From Actinomycetes bacterium (lineage in GTDB: Bacteria; Actinomycetota; Acidimicrobiia; IMCC26256; PALSA-610), in contig JANYBW010000045.1 in the NCBI GenBank assembly GCA_025360585.1, positions 585 through 64,584 of the forward strand: 64,000 bases of DNA. The letters run 5' to 3'. Under the pieces are notes generated by a model. That model did not search any database. It was not told the DNA's origin and saw only the letters and a list, made by a program, of their open reading frames with translations. Shown here piece by piece: positions 45,618-53,702 of the stretch; position 1 is the stretch's first letter; the number at the start of each line of letters is the position of its first letter. Position numbers and translations under genes: made by a program.

Positions 45618-47258
45618 ATGGACGTAAGTTTCGATTGGCAACCGCACCCGGTAGATGGCGCGGTTGCGCATCGTTATGTTCGCGACGGCCTTTGGACCGA
45701 TGATTCGCTCGGCGAGTTGCTCGCCGCGGGGTTACACGAAGCGCGCGCAAATCCATTTTCGGTACGCAGTGAAACGCGCCCGTTTGTAGGAACACTTGGT
45801 GAAGTGGATGATCTTGCCCGGCGCGTCGCTCAAGGTCTGCGGCTACGCGGGATCGTGGCTGGCGACGCGGTGGCGTTTCAACTTCCCAACTGGGTCGAAG
45901 CAGCAGCAACGTTTTACGCAATCGCCTACCTCGGCGCGATTGTTGTGCCCATTGTTCACTTTTACGGCCCGAAAGAAACTGGCTATATCCTCCGCAAAAC
46001 CAAGGTAAAAGCATTCATTACCGCGGACCGTTTTGGGCAGCTTCCGATGCTCGAAAATTTTGCGACGGTGCGCGAAGGTGGTCTCGATTCGCTGGAATGG
46101 CACGCAGTGGTGGGTACGGATCGGCTGGCGGATTCAATCGGCTTCGAATCGCTCGCTGCGTGCGAGCCGATGACCGAAATTGCGCGCGTTGATCCGATGG
46201 CTCCCGCACTGATCGCTTACACCAGTGGCACAACGAGTGATCCCAAGGGAGTCGTGCACGCCCACCGAACTATTGGTGCCGAGATCCGCCAACTCGGTGC
46301 GATTCAACCTGGCGAGCTCGGTGAGGTCGCCCACGACGTGATCACTGGTGCGCCCGTCGGCCACGGTATAGGCATGTTGGCCGCGTTGCTCTTGCCCGTT
46401 TGGCGCCGAAAATCGATCCATTTGATCGACGTTTGGAATCCACAACGCGTGCTCGCGGCGATGTTGGAATCGCAACTGAGCGCAGGTCAGGGGGCCACCA
46501 TCTTTCTCACCGGATTGTTGGATCATCCTGATTTTGATCCGCAGCGCCATCCGCAGTTGATGCGCCAAATTGGTTTGGGAGGCGCGGCGGTTCCGCTGGC
46601 CGTCTGCGAACGAGCGCGAGCGCTGGGAATCGAATGCATGCGCAGTTACGGCAGCACCGAACATCCCTCGATTACGGGGAGTAATTGGCTGCACTCTTGG
46701 GAGCAACGCTGCGCGACTGATGGCATTCCAATGGCTGGCGTTGAGATCCGGCTCATGGACGGTGATCGAAACTGTGAGGTTGGCGAGCCGGGCGAAATCT
46801 GGAGTCGCGGACCTGATTGTTCGTTCGGTTATACCGAGCCAGCCATTACCGCAGAACGTTTCGTCGACGGCTGGTATCGAACGGGTGATATTGGTGTGCT
46901 GGATGCTGGTGGCGCGCTGCGTATTACTGACCGCATTAACGATGTGATTATCCGTGGCGGCGAAAACATCAGTGCCGTTGAAGTCGAGGAACTCTTGATG
47001 CGCCTTGAAGGTGTCGCCGAGGTCGCGGTTGTTGCGGCGCCCGATGCGCGTCTCGGCGAACACGCATGTGCGTTCTTACGCATGCTCGACGGCGCGCCCT
47101 TGCCATCGATGGAACGCATGCAACAACACTTGCGCGCTGCTGGGCTCGCGAAACCGAAGTGGCCAGAAGAACTCCACGAACAGCTCGAATTTCCGCGCAC
47201 GCCGAGTGGCAAAGTTCAGAAATTTCGTTTGCGCGATGATCTGCGGTCCCGCTCGTGA
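45618..47258 (+). CDS. AMP-binding acyl-CoA synthetase
   Basis: It has YTSGTTSDPKGV, YGSTE, a later GDIG...DRINDVIIRGGENIS and a C-terminal PSGKVQKF. The alternative GTG start is at 45600. Confidence 0.85.
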   Translation: MDVSFDWQPHPVDGAVAHRYVRDGLWTDDSLGELLAAGLHEARANPFSVRSETRPFVGTLGEVDDLARRVAQGLRLRGIVAGDAVAFQLPNWVEAAATFYAIAYLGAIVVPIVHFYGPKETGYILRKTKVKAFITADRFGQLPMLENFATVREGGLDSLEWHAVVGTDRLADSIGFESLAACEPMTEIARVDPMAPALIAYTSGTTSDPKGVVHAHRTIGAEIRQLGAIQPGELGEVAHDVITGAPVGHGIGMLAALLLPVWRRKSIHLIDVWNPQRVLAAMLESQLSAGQGATIFLTGLLDHPDFDPQRHPQLMRQIGLGGAAVPLAVCERARALGIECMRSYGSTEHPSITGSNWLHSWEQRCATDGIPMAGVEIRLMDGDRNCEVGEPGEIWSRGPDCSFGYTEPAITAERFVDGWYRTGDIGVLDAGGALRITDRINDVIIRGGENISAVEVEELLMRLEGVAEVAVVAAPDARLGEHACAFLRMLDGAPLPSMERMQQHLRAAGLAKPKWPEELHEQLEFPRTPSGKVQKFRLRDDLRSRS

Positions 47259-47992
47259 CGGATCGTCGCAATGCAGTCGCGCAGAAGCTCGCAGCTCGGC
47301 TCGCGACCAAAGGTGCCCATGCCGTCGCGTTAGTCGGAAGCGTTGCGCGCGGCGATGCCCATGAGTTCTCCGATATTGATCTCGTCGCGATCGGAAACGG
47401 CCCGCGGTACCAACTCGAAATTGTTGATGATGAGTTGGTCTCGATCTCGTGGCGCAATACCGCAGATATTCGAGAGGCATTCGAGGATCCATTTGCAGTG
47501 GGCGGTGTGGTGCCATCGTGGCGCGAGGCGCGCATGTTGCACGACCCCAATGGAGTGGGCGCGTCGCTGCAACGCCAAGCCCATTCGTGGAGCTGGGACG
47601 CCATCAGCGCCCAGTGCGATCGAGCGGTCGGTGCGGAGCTCTACGAATTCGCCGAAGAGGTCTACCGCATTGTGGGGTTGCGACGATCAGGGAATCGTCG
47701 GGCCACGGCCGCGTTGCGCGGCTCGATGCTGTGGCCTTTGGTTCGTTCGATGGCCATGCACCACCGAATTCTGTACGACTCTGAAAATTCGGTGTGGGAT
47801 CTCGTTGGCAACGCGATGGGCAACGATTGGCAACGAGATTTCGATATCGCGGCTGGAGTGGAGCGGGGTGCCGCGGATCTCGCGGTATTGTCGTTGTACC
47901 GGCTGGCTGCCACCCGCGCTGATCGTACGTTGACGAGCACACAACGAATTGTTGTGAACGCAGCGTTGGCGGCTACCGAACACGCGGTGTGA
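47255..47992 (+). CDS. kanamycin-nucleotidyltransferase-like protein (ANT(4')/KNTase family fold)
   Basis: It has a GTGA overlap with the ligase stop. The NTase motif is GSVARGDAHEFSDIDLV. The C-terminal helical domain aligns by eye to KNTase (AELYEFAEEVYRIV ~ EELFEYAGKWRNI; AMHHRILYDSENSVW ~ GLHHRICYTTSASVL). Confidence 0.7.
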   Translation: MTDRRNAVAQKLAARLATKGAHAVALVGSVARGDAHEFSDIDLVAIGNGPRYQLEIVDDELVSISWRNTADIREAFEDPFAVGGVVPSWREARMLHDPNGVGASLQRQAHSWSWDAISAQCDRAVGAELYEFAEEVYRIVGLRRSGNRRATAALRGSMLWPLVRSMAMHHRILYDSENSVWDLVGNAMGNDWQRDFDIAAGVERGAADLAVLSLYRLAATRADRTLTSTQRIVVNAALAATEHAV

Positions 47993-48120
47993 CCGTTCGG
48001 CAACTCAGCATTTTCGCAGAGTGCCCACGTCAATTTTGGAGCAATTCCGCACCCAAAACGGGTGATGAACACAAAGGCGCAGCGTGGGTTTCTCAAGCTT
48101 TGGACATGCAAACGCCGAGT

Positions 48121-48492
48121 ATGTCGCGTATGGAACCACTTGGGGAGTACCGTTTAGCCGCAATGACTGATGAGCGCCGTGACAATGATCGCCGAACTGT
48201 TCGTGCCGCGGTAATCGCACGCCGGGTTACGCCGAGTGGTCCGGGCGATGAAGCGCACGGCGAAACCACGGATCTTTCGATGGGTGGCTTTGGTGCGCGC
48301 CTGGACGGACAATGGGGTACCGGCGATGTGGTCGACGCCGACATCGTCTTGGGCGCGAGTGTGGTTCGGATACGAGCCCTTGTCGTGGGGGTCACGAGCG
48401 ACGAAACGTACCAACGCGTGCACTGCGCGTTTTCAGAACCGCAAGAACCGATTCGCTCAGTGCTCGAAGACTTTTTGATCCAGCATTCGTAA
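48121..48492 (+). CDS. PilZ-domain protein (putative c-di-GMP receptor)
   Basis: It has RRDNDR (RxxxR) followed ~30 aa later by DLSMGG (DxSxxG). The start is uncertain (48106, 48121, 48130 or 48163). The track's GTG 47989 start runs through a lower-GC, non-coding-looking stretch. Confidence 0.55.
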   Translation: MSRMEPLGEYRLAAMTDERRDNDRRTVRAAVIARRVTPSGPGDEAHGETTDLSMGGFGARLDGQWGTGDVVDADIVLGASVVRIRALVVGVTSDETYQRVHCAFSEPQEPIRSVLEDFLIQHS

Positions 48493-48583
48493 CGCTCCAC
48501 GACGCGCACTCGGATCCGAGGGCTCCCTGGCGCCCCCGAGCGGTGGGTCGCAGCGGCGGGTCGAAGCGGTGGGTCTGGCTGGG

Positions 48584-50248
48584 CTAGCTCCCAGACCTCA
48601 AGACGTTGCCCGGACGTTGCTGCACACCGCTGTCTACTACCGCTGCGTCGAGTCGGATCGCAACGCCATTGACGAAGGTGTGGGTAAGCCCGACTGGTGC
48701 GTCCGCGGTCAAGCGTTCGCCGTCGGCAGGAAAGTCACGGACTCGCCGAAGCGGGCCGGGCGCGACCGTGTCGGGGTCGAACACCACGAGATCCGCGTGG
48801 GCGCCAACTCGCAGCGTCCCGCGATCGGTGAAGCCGTAGACCCCGGCGGGTTCGCTCGTGAGTTTTTGTACCGCGCGTTCCACCGTCATGACCTCGCGAT
48901 CCCGGACCCAGTTGCCGAGGAGATCGGTGGCGAAACACGCGTCGCAAAGTTGCGAAACGTGCGCACCGGAATCGGCGAGCCCAAACAACACGTTGTCGCG
49001 CGGCAGCAGATATGCGATGCCTTCGTCGTCGTTGTTCGCCAACACGCTGGTCACGCGCGTATCGAGATTTTCGCTGAGCGCGATATCGAGTACGACATCG
49101 AGAGGAGTACCGCCGCGCTCCGCCGCGAGATCCGCGAGTGAGCGGCCGAGCAACTCCGCGTGGCGTGATTCCGCGATCAGCATTGTCGCGAAATTCGGTG
49201 GCAGAAATCCTCCGCTGCAGAGTTCTTCCCATGCAGTCGCTCGCCACGCCGGATCGCGGTATGCGGTGATTCGTTCATCCATCGACGCCGACATCAAGGC
49301 TGCAAACGATGGGCGAGTGTTGAACGTGAACGGCTCGCGCAGATTCATTTGGAATACCAGAGGCCGACACGAAACCTGCGGCCAGACTTCAATACCTTCG
49401 GCGCGTGCAGCATCGTTTTCGGCGATGGCGTTGAGGTAATGCTGCGAACCTTTGAAGGTGAGCAGGGCAGTCCACGTGAACGGCCGACCAATTTCGCGTT
49501 GTAAATCGAACACGGTCTGCGCGGGGATGACGCCTCCGGGCAGGAGCGCGGCGACGCCACGTTTGGCATCGCGCAACGGCATCAGCAATGCTCGCAGCTC
49601 GGCAATATCCGCAACGCGAGAAGGAACGGGCCGACCGCCCTCACCGTTATGGGTCGGTGCGGCGCTCGTAGCGAAGCCGGTGGCTCCCGATTCGATTGCC
49701 GCGGCCACGATGGCTTGCATCTGGACAATCTCAGCGTCCGTGGCTGCCCGCTCGTAGGCTTGCTCGCCCATGACGTATATCCGTACCGCGGTATGGCCCA
49801 CGTAACACGCATAGTTCAAAACAGAACCGTTGGCCTCGACTGCGTCGAGGTACTGCGGGAACGTCTCAAACGTATCCCACGGCACGCCGGCGAAGAGCGT
49901 GTCGGGGCTCATGTCCTCGACGTGCATGAGTGTGCGAACCAAGAGTGCTCGATCTCGTTCGCGAACTGGCGCGATCGAAAAACCGCAGTTGCCCGCGACG
50001 ACGGTCGTGACGCCATGGTGCGATGAAGGGGTGAGCGCGGGATCCCAAAACACCTGCGCGTCGTAGTGGGAATGAATATCGATGAAACCCGGCGCAACGA
50101 TGTGATCAGTCGCGTCGATCACGGTGTTGGCAGAAAGGTTCGCGCCGATCTCGACAACTCGGCCGTTCGAGACAGCAACGTCCCCGCGGTATCGCGGTGC
50201 TCCGGTGCCGTCGACAATGGTTCCGCCTCGAATCACAAAATCAGCCAT
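48584..50248 (-). CDS. N-acyl-D-amino-acid deacylase (D-aminoacylase) family amidohydrolase
   Basis: I chose the start at MADFVIRGGTIVDGTG. It has APGFIDIHSHYD (metal-binding HxH) and GVTTVVAGNCG. Length is 554 aa. Confidence 0.85.
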   Translation of the reverse strand: MADFVIRGGTIVDGTGAPRYRGDVAVSNGRVVEIGANLSANTVIDATDHIVAPGFIDIHSHYDAQVFWDPALTPSSHHGVTTVVAGNCGFSIAPVRERDRALLVRTLMHVEDMSPDTLFAGVPWDTFETFPQYLDAVEANGSVLNYACYVGHTAVRIYVMGEQAYERAATDAEIVQMQAIVAAAIESGATGFATSAAPTHNGEGGRPVPSRVADIAELRALLMPLRDAKRGVAALLPGGVIPAQTVFDLQREIGRPFTWTALLTFKGSQHYLNAIAENDAARAEGIEVWPQVSCRPLVFQMNLREPFTFNTRPSFAALMSASMDERITAYRDPAWRATAWEELCSGGFLPPNFATMLIAESRHAELLGRSLADLAAERGGTPLDVVLDIALSENLDTRVTSVLANNDDEGIAYLLPRDNVLFGLADSGAHVSQLCDACFATDLLGNWVRDREVMTVERAVQKLTSEPAGVYGFTDRGTLRVGAHADLVVFDPDTVAPGPLRRVRDFPADGERLTADAPVGLTHTFVNGVAIRLDAAVVDSGVQQRPGNVLRSGS

Positions 50249-50279
50249 GGTCGCTACCGTAGTTCGGTAGCGACCATGG
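50245..50279 (-). terminator. perfect 15-bp hairpin (terminator-like) whose 3' arm contains the D-aminoacylase start codon
   Basis: The hairpin is CCATGGTCGCTACCG-(5 nt)-CGGTAGCGACCATGG. On the minus strand it lies 52 nt after the FG-GAP gene stop and is followed by CTGATTTTGTGATT. The ATG at 50248 lies inside the stem. Confidence 0.5.
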
Positions 50280-50330
50280 CTGCCTGAGGTCATCAAATGT
50301 GTGGTGCGCCTGGTGAGCTCAGCCGATTGG

Positions 50331-51953
50331 TTAGAGGCCGAGCCAGATCGATTCCGGGCGGGCCCCAACGAAGTAAAAGAGGATGTCGCCGCGGCCGTCG
50401 CCGTTGAAATCGCCGCTTACGGCGCCGTCGTACTGCTCGTTCACGCTGACCGGGGTTGGATTCGGTGTCAGTGCCGGTGAGCCAGCTCCGCCGCGAAGCA
50501 GCGTGTCGCCTTTGGTTCCTGGTTGGAACAGTAAAATATCGTCGTACGTGTCGCCGTTGTAATCACCAACGAGCAGGTGTGCATACGAGGCATTCACTGG
50601 TCGCGGGGTTGACACAAACGTGGTGCCGGTACCCGTCGGGGTCCAGATGAAATCGGGAGCCGTACCGAGGCCGTACAGGAATAGGTCAGTGGCCGGTTGT
50701 CCACCGAAGTGACCGGAAACGATTTGGTACGTGCCGTTGATCCTCGTGGGTGAGCTCGTGAAATGCAGCTTCGGGTTATTGGAATCGGCGAGCCAGACAA
50801 AGTCTTTGCCTCTGCCCGCGACGTAAAACAACAAGTCGCTGTGGCCATCGCCATTGAAATCGCCGGGGACGATATCGGTGTAGGAACCATTGATGGGAAA
50901 GGCATGCGATACGTAATGGCTTCCGCTAGTGAACGACCACACGTAATCGGGCTTGTGTCCGCGTGCATAAAACAATAGGTCGGTGTTGTGATCGCCGTTG
51001 TAGTCGCCAGGCACGATCTTGTCGTAGACGCCGTTGATCGTAAATGCGTGGTGGCTGAACGTGCCAGCGTTGTTGCCAAACCAGATGTAATCCTTGGTCT
51101 TTCCAGCCGCGTAGAACAACAAGTCGGAGAACCCATCGCCATTGAAATCACCAGGAACTACCTGCGTGTATGAACCATTGATCCCAGTTGTACGCGAAGG
51201 ATTGAACGCAGTTCCCGGATTCGATAGCGATGCGCTTATCCAGTTACTCGAATTCGGCGCGAAGTCGAGAAGATGCTGGTTATTTACGTAATGGTCCGAA
51301 AACGCACGCGCTTTCCATTGGAAGTGCTTGCCGCCTCCTATCGAGCTTGCGGCTACGCCGATCTCGACGTGAGCGGAGCCTGCAGCGTGCGAATACGACA
51401 CCGTGCCGAGAGGAACGACATCGCAATTGGAATTGAGCCCGACGCGAAAGCCGACGACTCTTCTTTGGGTTGGGACGTAGAACGCAGCGAGCCCTTGGTC
51501 GGCTCCGCCGCAATTGTTGCTCGTGTCGCCGTCTAGATCCAACGGAATATCGAGCTCATTGAAGGCAGAGTCGATAAATCCGGCGCGGAAGTCGAACGTA
51601 GCGTTCCATCGCCCCGTGGCGCAATCGTAGGTCATTGCGTACTTGACAATGTCGAGGTTGCCAACAACGTCGCCAGAAGAATCGGAGTAGTTGTAGGCGA
51701 AACATGCCCCAGCGTTGGGTGTACCGCTGTAACTGGACGCGGCATGTGCATCGGACGCACCACTTGCTCGGAGTTGTCGACTCATCGAACTGAACGCATC
51801 GTCTGGGTTTGGCCGGCCGCTTGGAAGATTCTTAGCCGCGCTCGATGCCGCTGATGCGGTCGGAGTTGTACCCACCGCGCCCATAGCGATGCACAAGGCG
51901 GCAGCTGCCGTCATTGCGCGCCTAGTAGAAGAATGTGTTCGACGAGGTTTCAT
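50331..51953 (-). CDS. secreted FG-GAP/VCBS repeat (beta-propeller) protein
   Basis: The signal peptide is MKPRRTHSSTRRAMTAAAALCIAMGAVGTTPTASA. There are six copies of [VL].G[DH][FY][NG]GD....D[LI]L[FL][YF] at ~50-aa spacing in the C-terminal half. Confidence 0.8.
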   Translation of the reverse strand: MKPRRTHSSTRRAMTAAAALCIAMGAVGTTPTASAASSAAKNLPSGRPNPDDAFSSMSRQLRASGASDAHAASSYSGTPNAGACFAYNYSDSSGDVVGNLDIVKYAMTYDCATGRWNATFDFRAGFIDSAFNELDIPLDLDGDTSNNCGGADQGLAAFYVPTQRRVVGFRVGLNSNCDVVPLGTVSYSHAAGSAHVEIGVAASSIGGGKHFQWKARAFSDHYVNNQHLLDFAPNSSNWISASLSNPGTAFNPSRTTGINGSYTQVVPGDFNGDGFSDLLFYAAGKTKDYIWFGNNAGTFSHHAFTINGVYDKIVPGDYNGDHNTDLLFYARGHKPDYVWSFTSGSHYVSHAFPINGSYTDIVPGDFNGDGHSDLLFYVAGRGKDFVWLADSNNPKLHFTSSPTRINGTYQIVSGHFGGQPATDLFLYGLGTAPDFIWTPTGTGTTFVSTPRPVNASYAHLLVGDYNGDTYDDILLFQPGTKGDTLLRGGAGSPALTPNPTPVSVNEQYDGAVSGDFNGDGRGDILFYFVGARPESIWLGL

Positions 51954-52094
51954 CCCACTCCAATTGGTAGTACCCGATAGTGACGGGCACGGTACTTCGT
52001 AGGAACGACTCGCGCAACAAGGTCATCGTTCGTTCGCTTGACAACCGTACGTCTCGGTTGTGAAAGTGGTGCCGTGGATGAGATTCCGACTTCG

Positions 52095-53132
52095 ATGAAA
52101 GCAGCGGTATTTCGCGGCATCCGTGACGTGCCCGTGGAAATGATCGCGGTGCCTACCCTCGGCGACCACGACGTACTGATTGAGGTCAGCCATTGCGGAA
52201 TTTGTGGCAGTGATCTTCATTTCATTGTTCACTGGCCCGGCGCTGGCAAACCTGGCACCGTGGAAGGTCACGAGTTTTCGGGTCGCATCGTCGCGATCGG
52301 CTCGAACGTGACGAAGGTGGCAGTAGGCGACCTCGTGGTTGGTGGGCCCTCTGAGCGCTGCGGGAGTTGCGAATACTGTCGTGCGTCGCGTCCGTCGCTG
52401 TGCACTGAACGCGGCCGTGTTGGTGCCGACGACGGTGATTGGATGGGCGCGTTCGCGCAATACAAAATGCTGAGCGAACGTCAAGTATTGAAGATCCCGC
52501 AGACCCTCGAACTGAAACACGCTGCGCTCGTTGAGCCGATGGCTGTCGCGCTGCACGCGATCACGCGGGCGGGAGGCGCGGATCCAGCCAAGCGTTACCT
52601 CATTACTGGCGGGGGTCCGATCGGTTTTTTGAGCGTCGCTGCGTTAATCGCCGTGGGGGTTGGAGATGTTGTAGTGAGCGAGCCGCACGCGGCGCGCCGG
52701 GCGCTCTGTGAACGGTTGGGAGCTCGGGTCGTGGATCCGGCAACGTTGCCGAAACCGACGATGCCGCACGACATCGTGGCTGATCCGTTCGACGTCGTGC
52801 TCGAATGTTCGGGCCAGCGCGCCGCGATGGAATCAGGATTGGCGCAATTGAAACGCGGCGGACTCATGGTGTTTGTCGGGGCCGGCATTCATCCTCCCAA
52901 GATTGATCCCAATCGCGTCTTGCTCAACGAACTCACGATTACCGGTGCGTTTGTGTATGACCACGATGGTTTCGAACGTGCGCTCGAGCTGTTGGCCTCG
53001 GGGCGCGTGCCGGTTCATGAACTGGTCGAGGCCGCGGATGTCGCGCTTGGCGGCCTTGTCGATGCGTGCGTAGCGCTCAATGATGGGCTGCTGGCCGCAA
53101 AAGTAATGGTGACCCCGAACGGAGCCCTATGA
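52095..53132 (+). CDS. zinc-dependent alcohol dehydrogenase (MDR family)
   Basis: It begins MKAAVF and has CGICGSDLH, GHEFSGRIVAIG, the structural zinc site CGSCEYCRASRPSLC, and GGGPIGFL. Confidence 0.85.
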   Translation: MKAAVFRGIRDVPVEMIAVPTLGDHDVLIEVSHCGICGSDLHFIVHWPGAGKPGTVEGHEFSGRIVAIGSNVTKVAVGDLVVGGPSERCGSCEYCRASRPSLCTERGRVGADDGDWMGAFAQYKMLSERQVLKIPQTLELKHAALVEPMAVALHAITRAGGADPAKRYLITGGGPIGFLSVAALIAVGVGDVVVSEPHAARRALCERLGARVVDPATLPKPTMPHDIVADPFDVVLECSGQRAAMESGLAQLKRGGLMVFVGAGIHPPKIDPNRVLLNELTITGAFVYDHDGFERALELLASGRVPVHELVEAADVALGGLVDACVALNDGLLAAKVMVTPNGAL

Positions 53133-53593
53133 CCACGGAATCACGATCTCGCCCGCCGCGGTTGAATCACGTAGCGATGAGTGTGGCTCCGGAACTCCTG
53201 GTCGGGGACGCGAAAGCGTTACTCATTGAGTTCTATCGTGAGGTCTTTGGTTGGCAGCATCTCGACATGATGGATGTCGTCGGTGAGCGGCTGGTGTTTC
53301 ACACCTATTCGCTCGAACAATTTGTGTATCTCCACGGTGACGCCAACGCGATGCAGTGTCCGCGCCTGGATCACTTCGGGTATTCGGTCGGCACCGAGCT
53401 GGAGCTGGATTCGATCGTTGCGGCGGCGCTCGGGTTTCGTGAACGCGATGCCCGTGTCGACATCATCGACAAACAGCGAGACGATCACGGCCCGATCGCG
53501 ATAACGGCGGCGTACATTGGGTTTCTTCTGCCGATGATGATCGAAATCCAGTGGTGGGAAATGCAAGGATCCGAGACGGCCAATCCCTCCTAG
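53129..53593 (+). CDS. VOC (glyoxalase/dioxygenase-fold) family protein
   Basis: It has an ATGA overlap with the ADH gene. Motifs are LNHVAMSV...FYREVFGW and DHFGYSV. Confidence 0.6.
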   Translation: MTTESRSRPPRLNHVAMSVAPELLVGDAKALLIEFYREVFGWQHLDMMDVVGERLVFHTYSLEQFVYLHGDANAMQCPRLDHFGYSVGTELELDSIVAAALGFRERDARVDIIDKQRDDHGPIAITAAYIGFLLPMMIEIQWWEMQGSETANPS

Positions 53594-53702
53594 TGTGATC
53601 TGCTCCGATGGGTCGAGTTAGCGAATCTTTGATGTCATCGAATGTTGCATACGCGGCGCCGCTCACCGGAGCCGGTGCGGTGGGCCAGTAAGGTCCAGCT
53701 TC

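Noticed and set aside
47255-48492. Nucleotidyltransferase followed by a PilZ protein, considered as a CBASS-like or second-messenger signalling pair (NTase makes a nucleotide signal, PilZ senses it).
   Set aside because: The NTase aligns with the KNTase/ANT(4') small-molecule nucleotidyltransferase fold rather than cGAS/DncV-like or GGDEF cyclases. The apparent 4-nt overlap depends on a GTG start that runs through a lower-GC, non-coding-looking stretch. The PilZ gene more likely starts 120-170 nt downstream with its own promoter.
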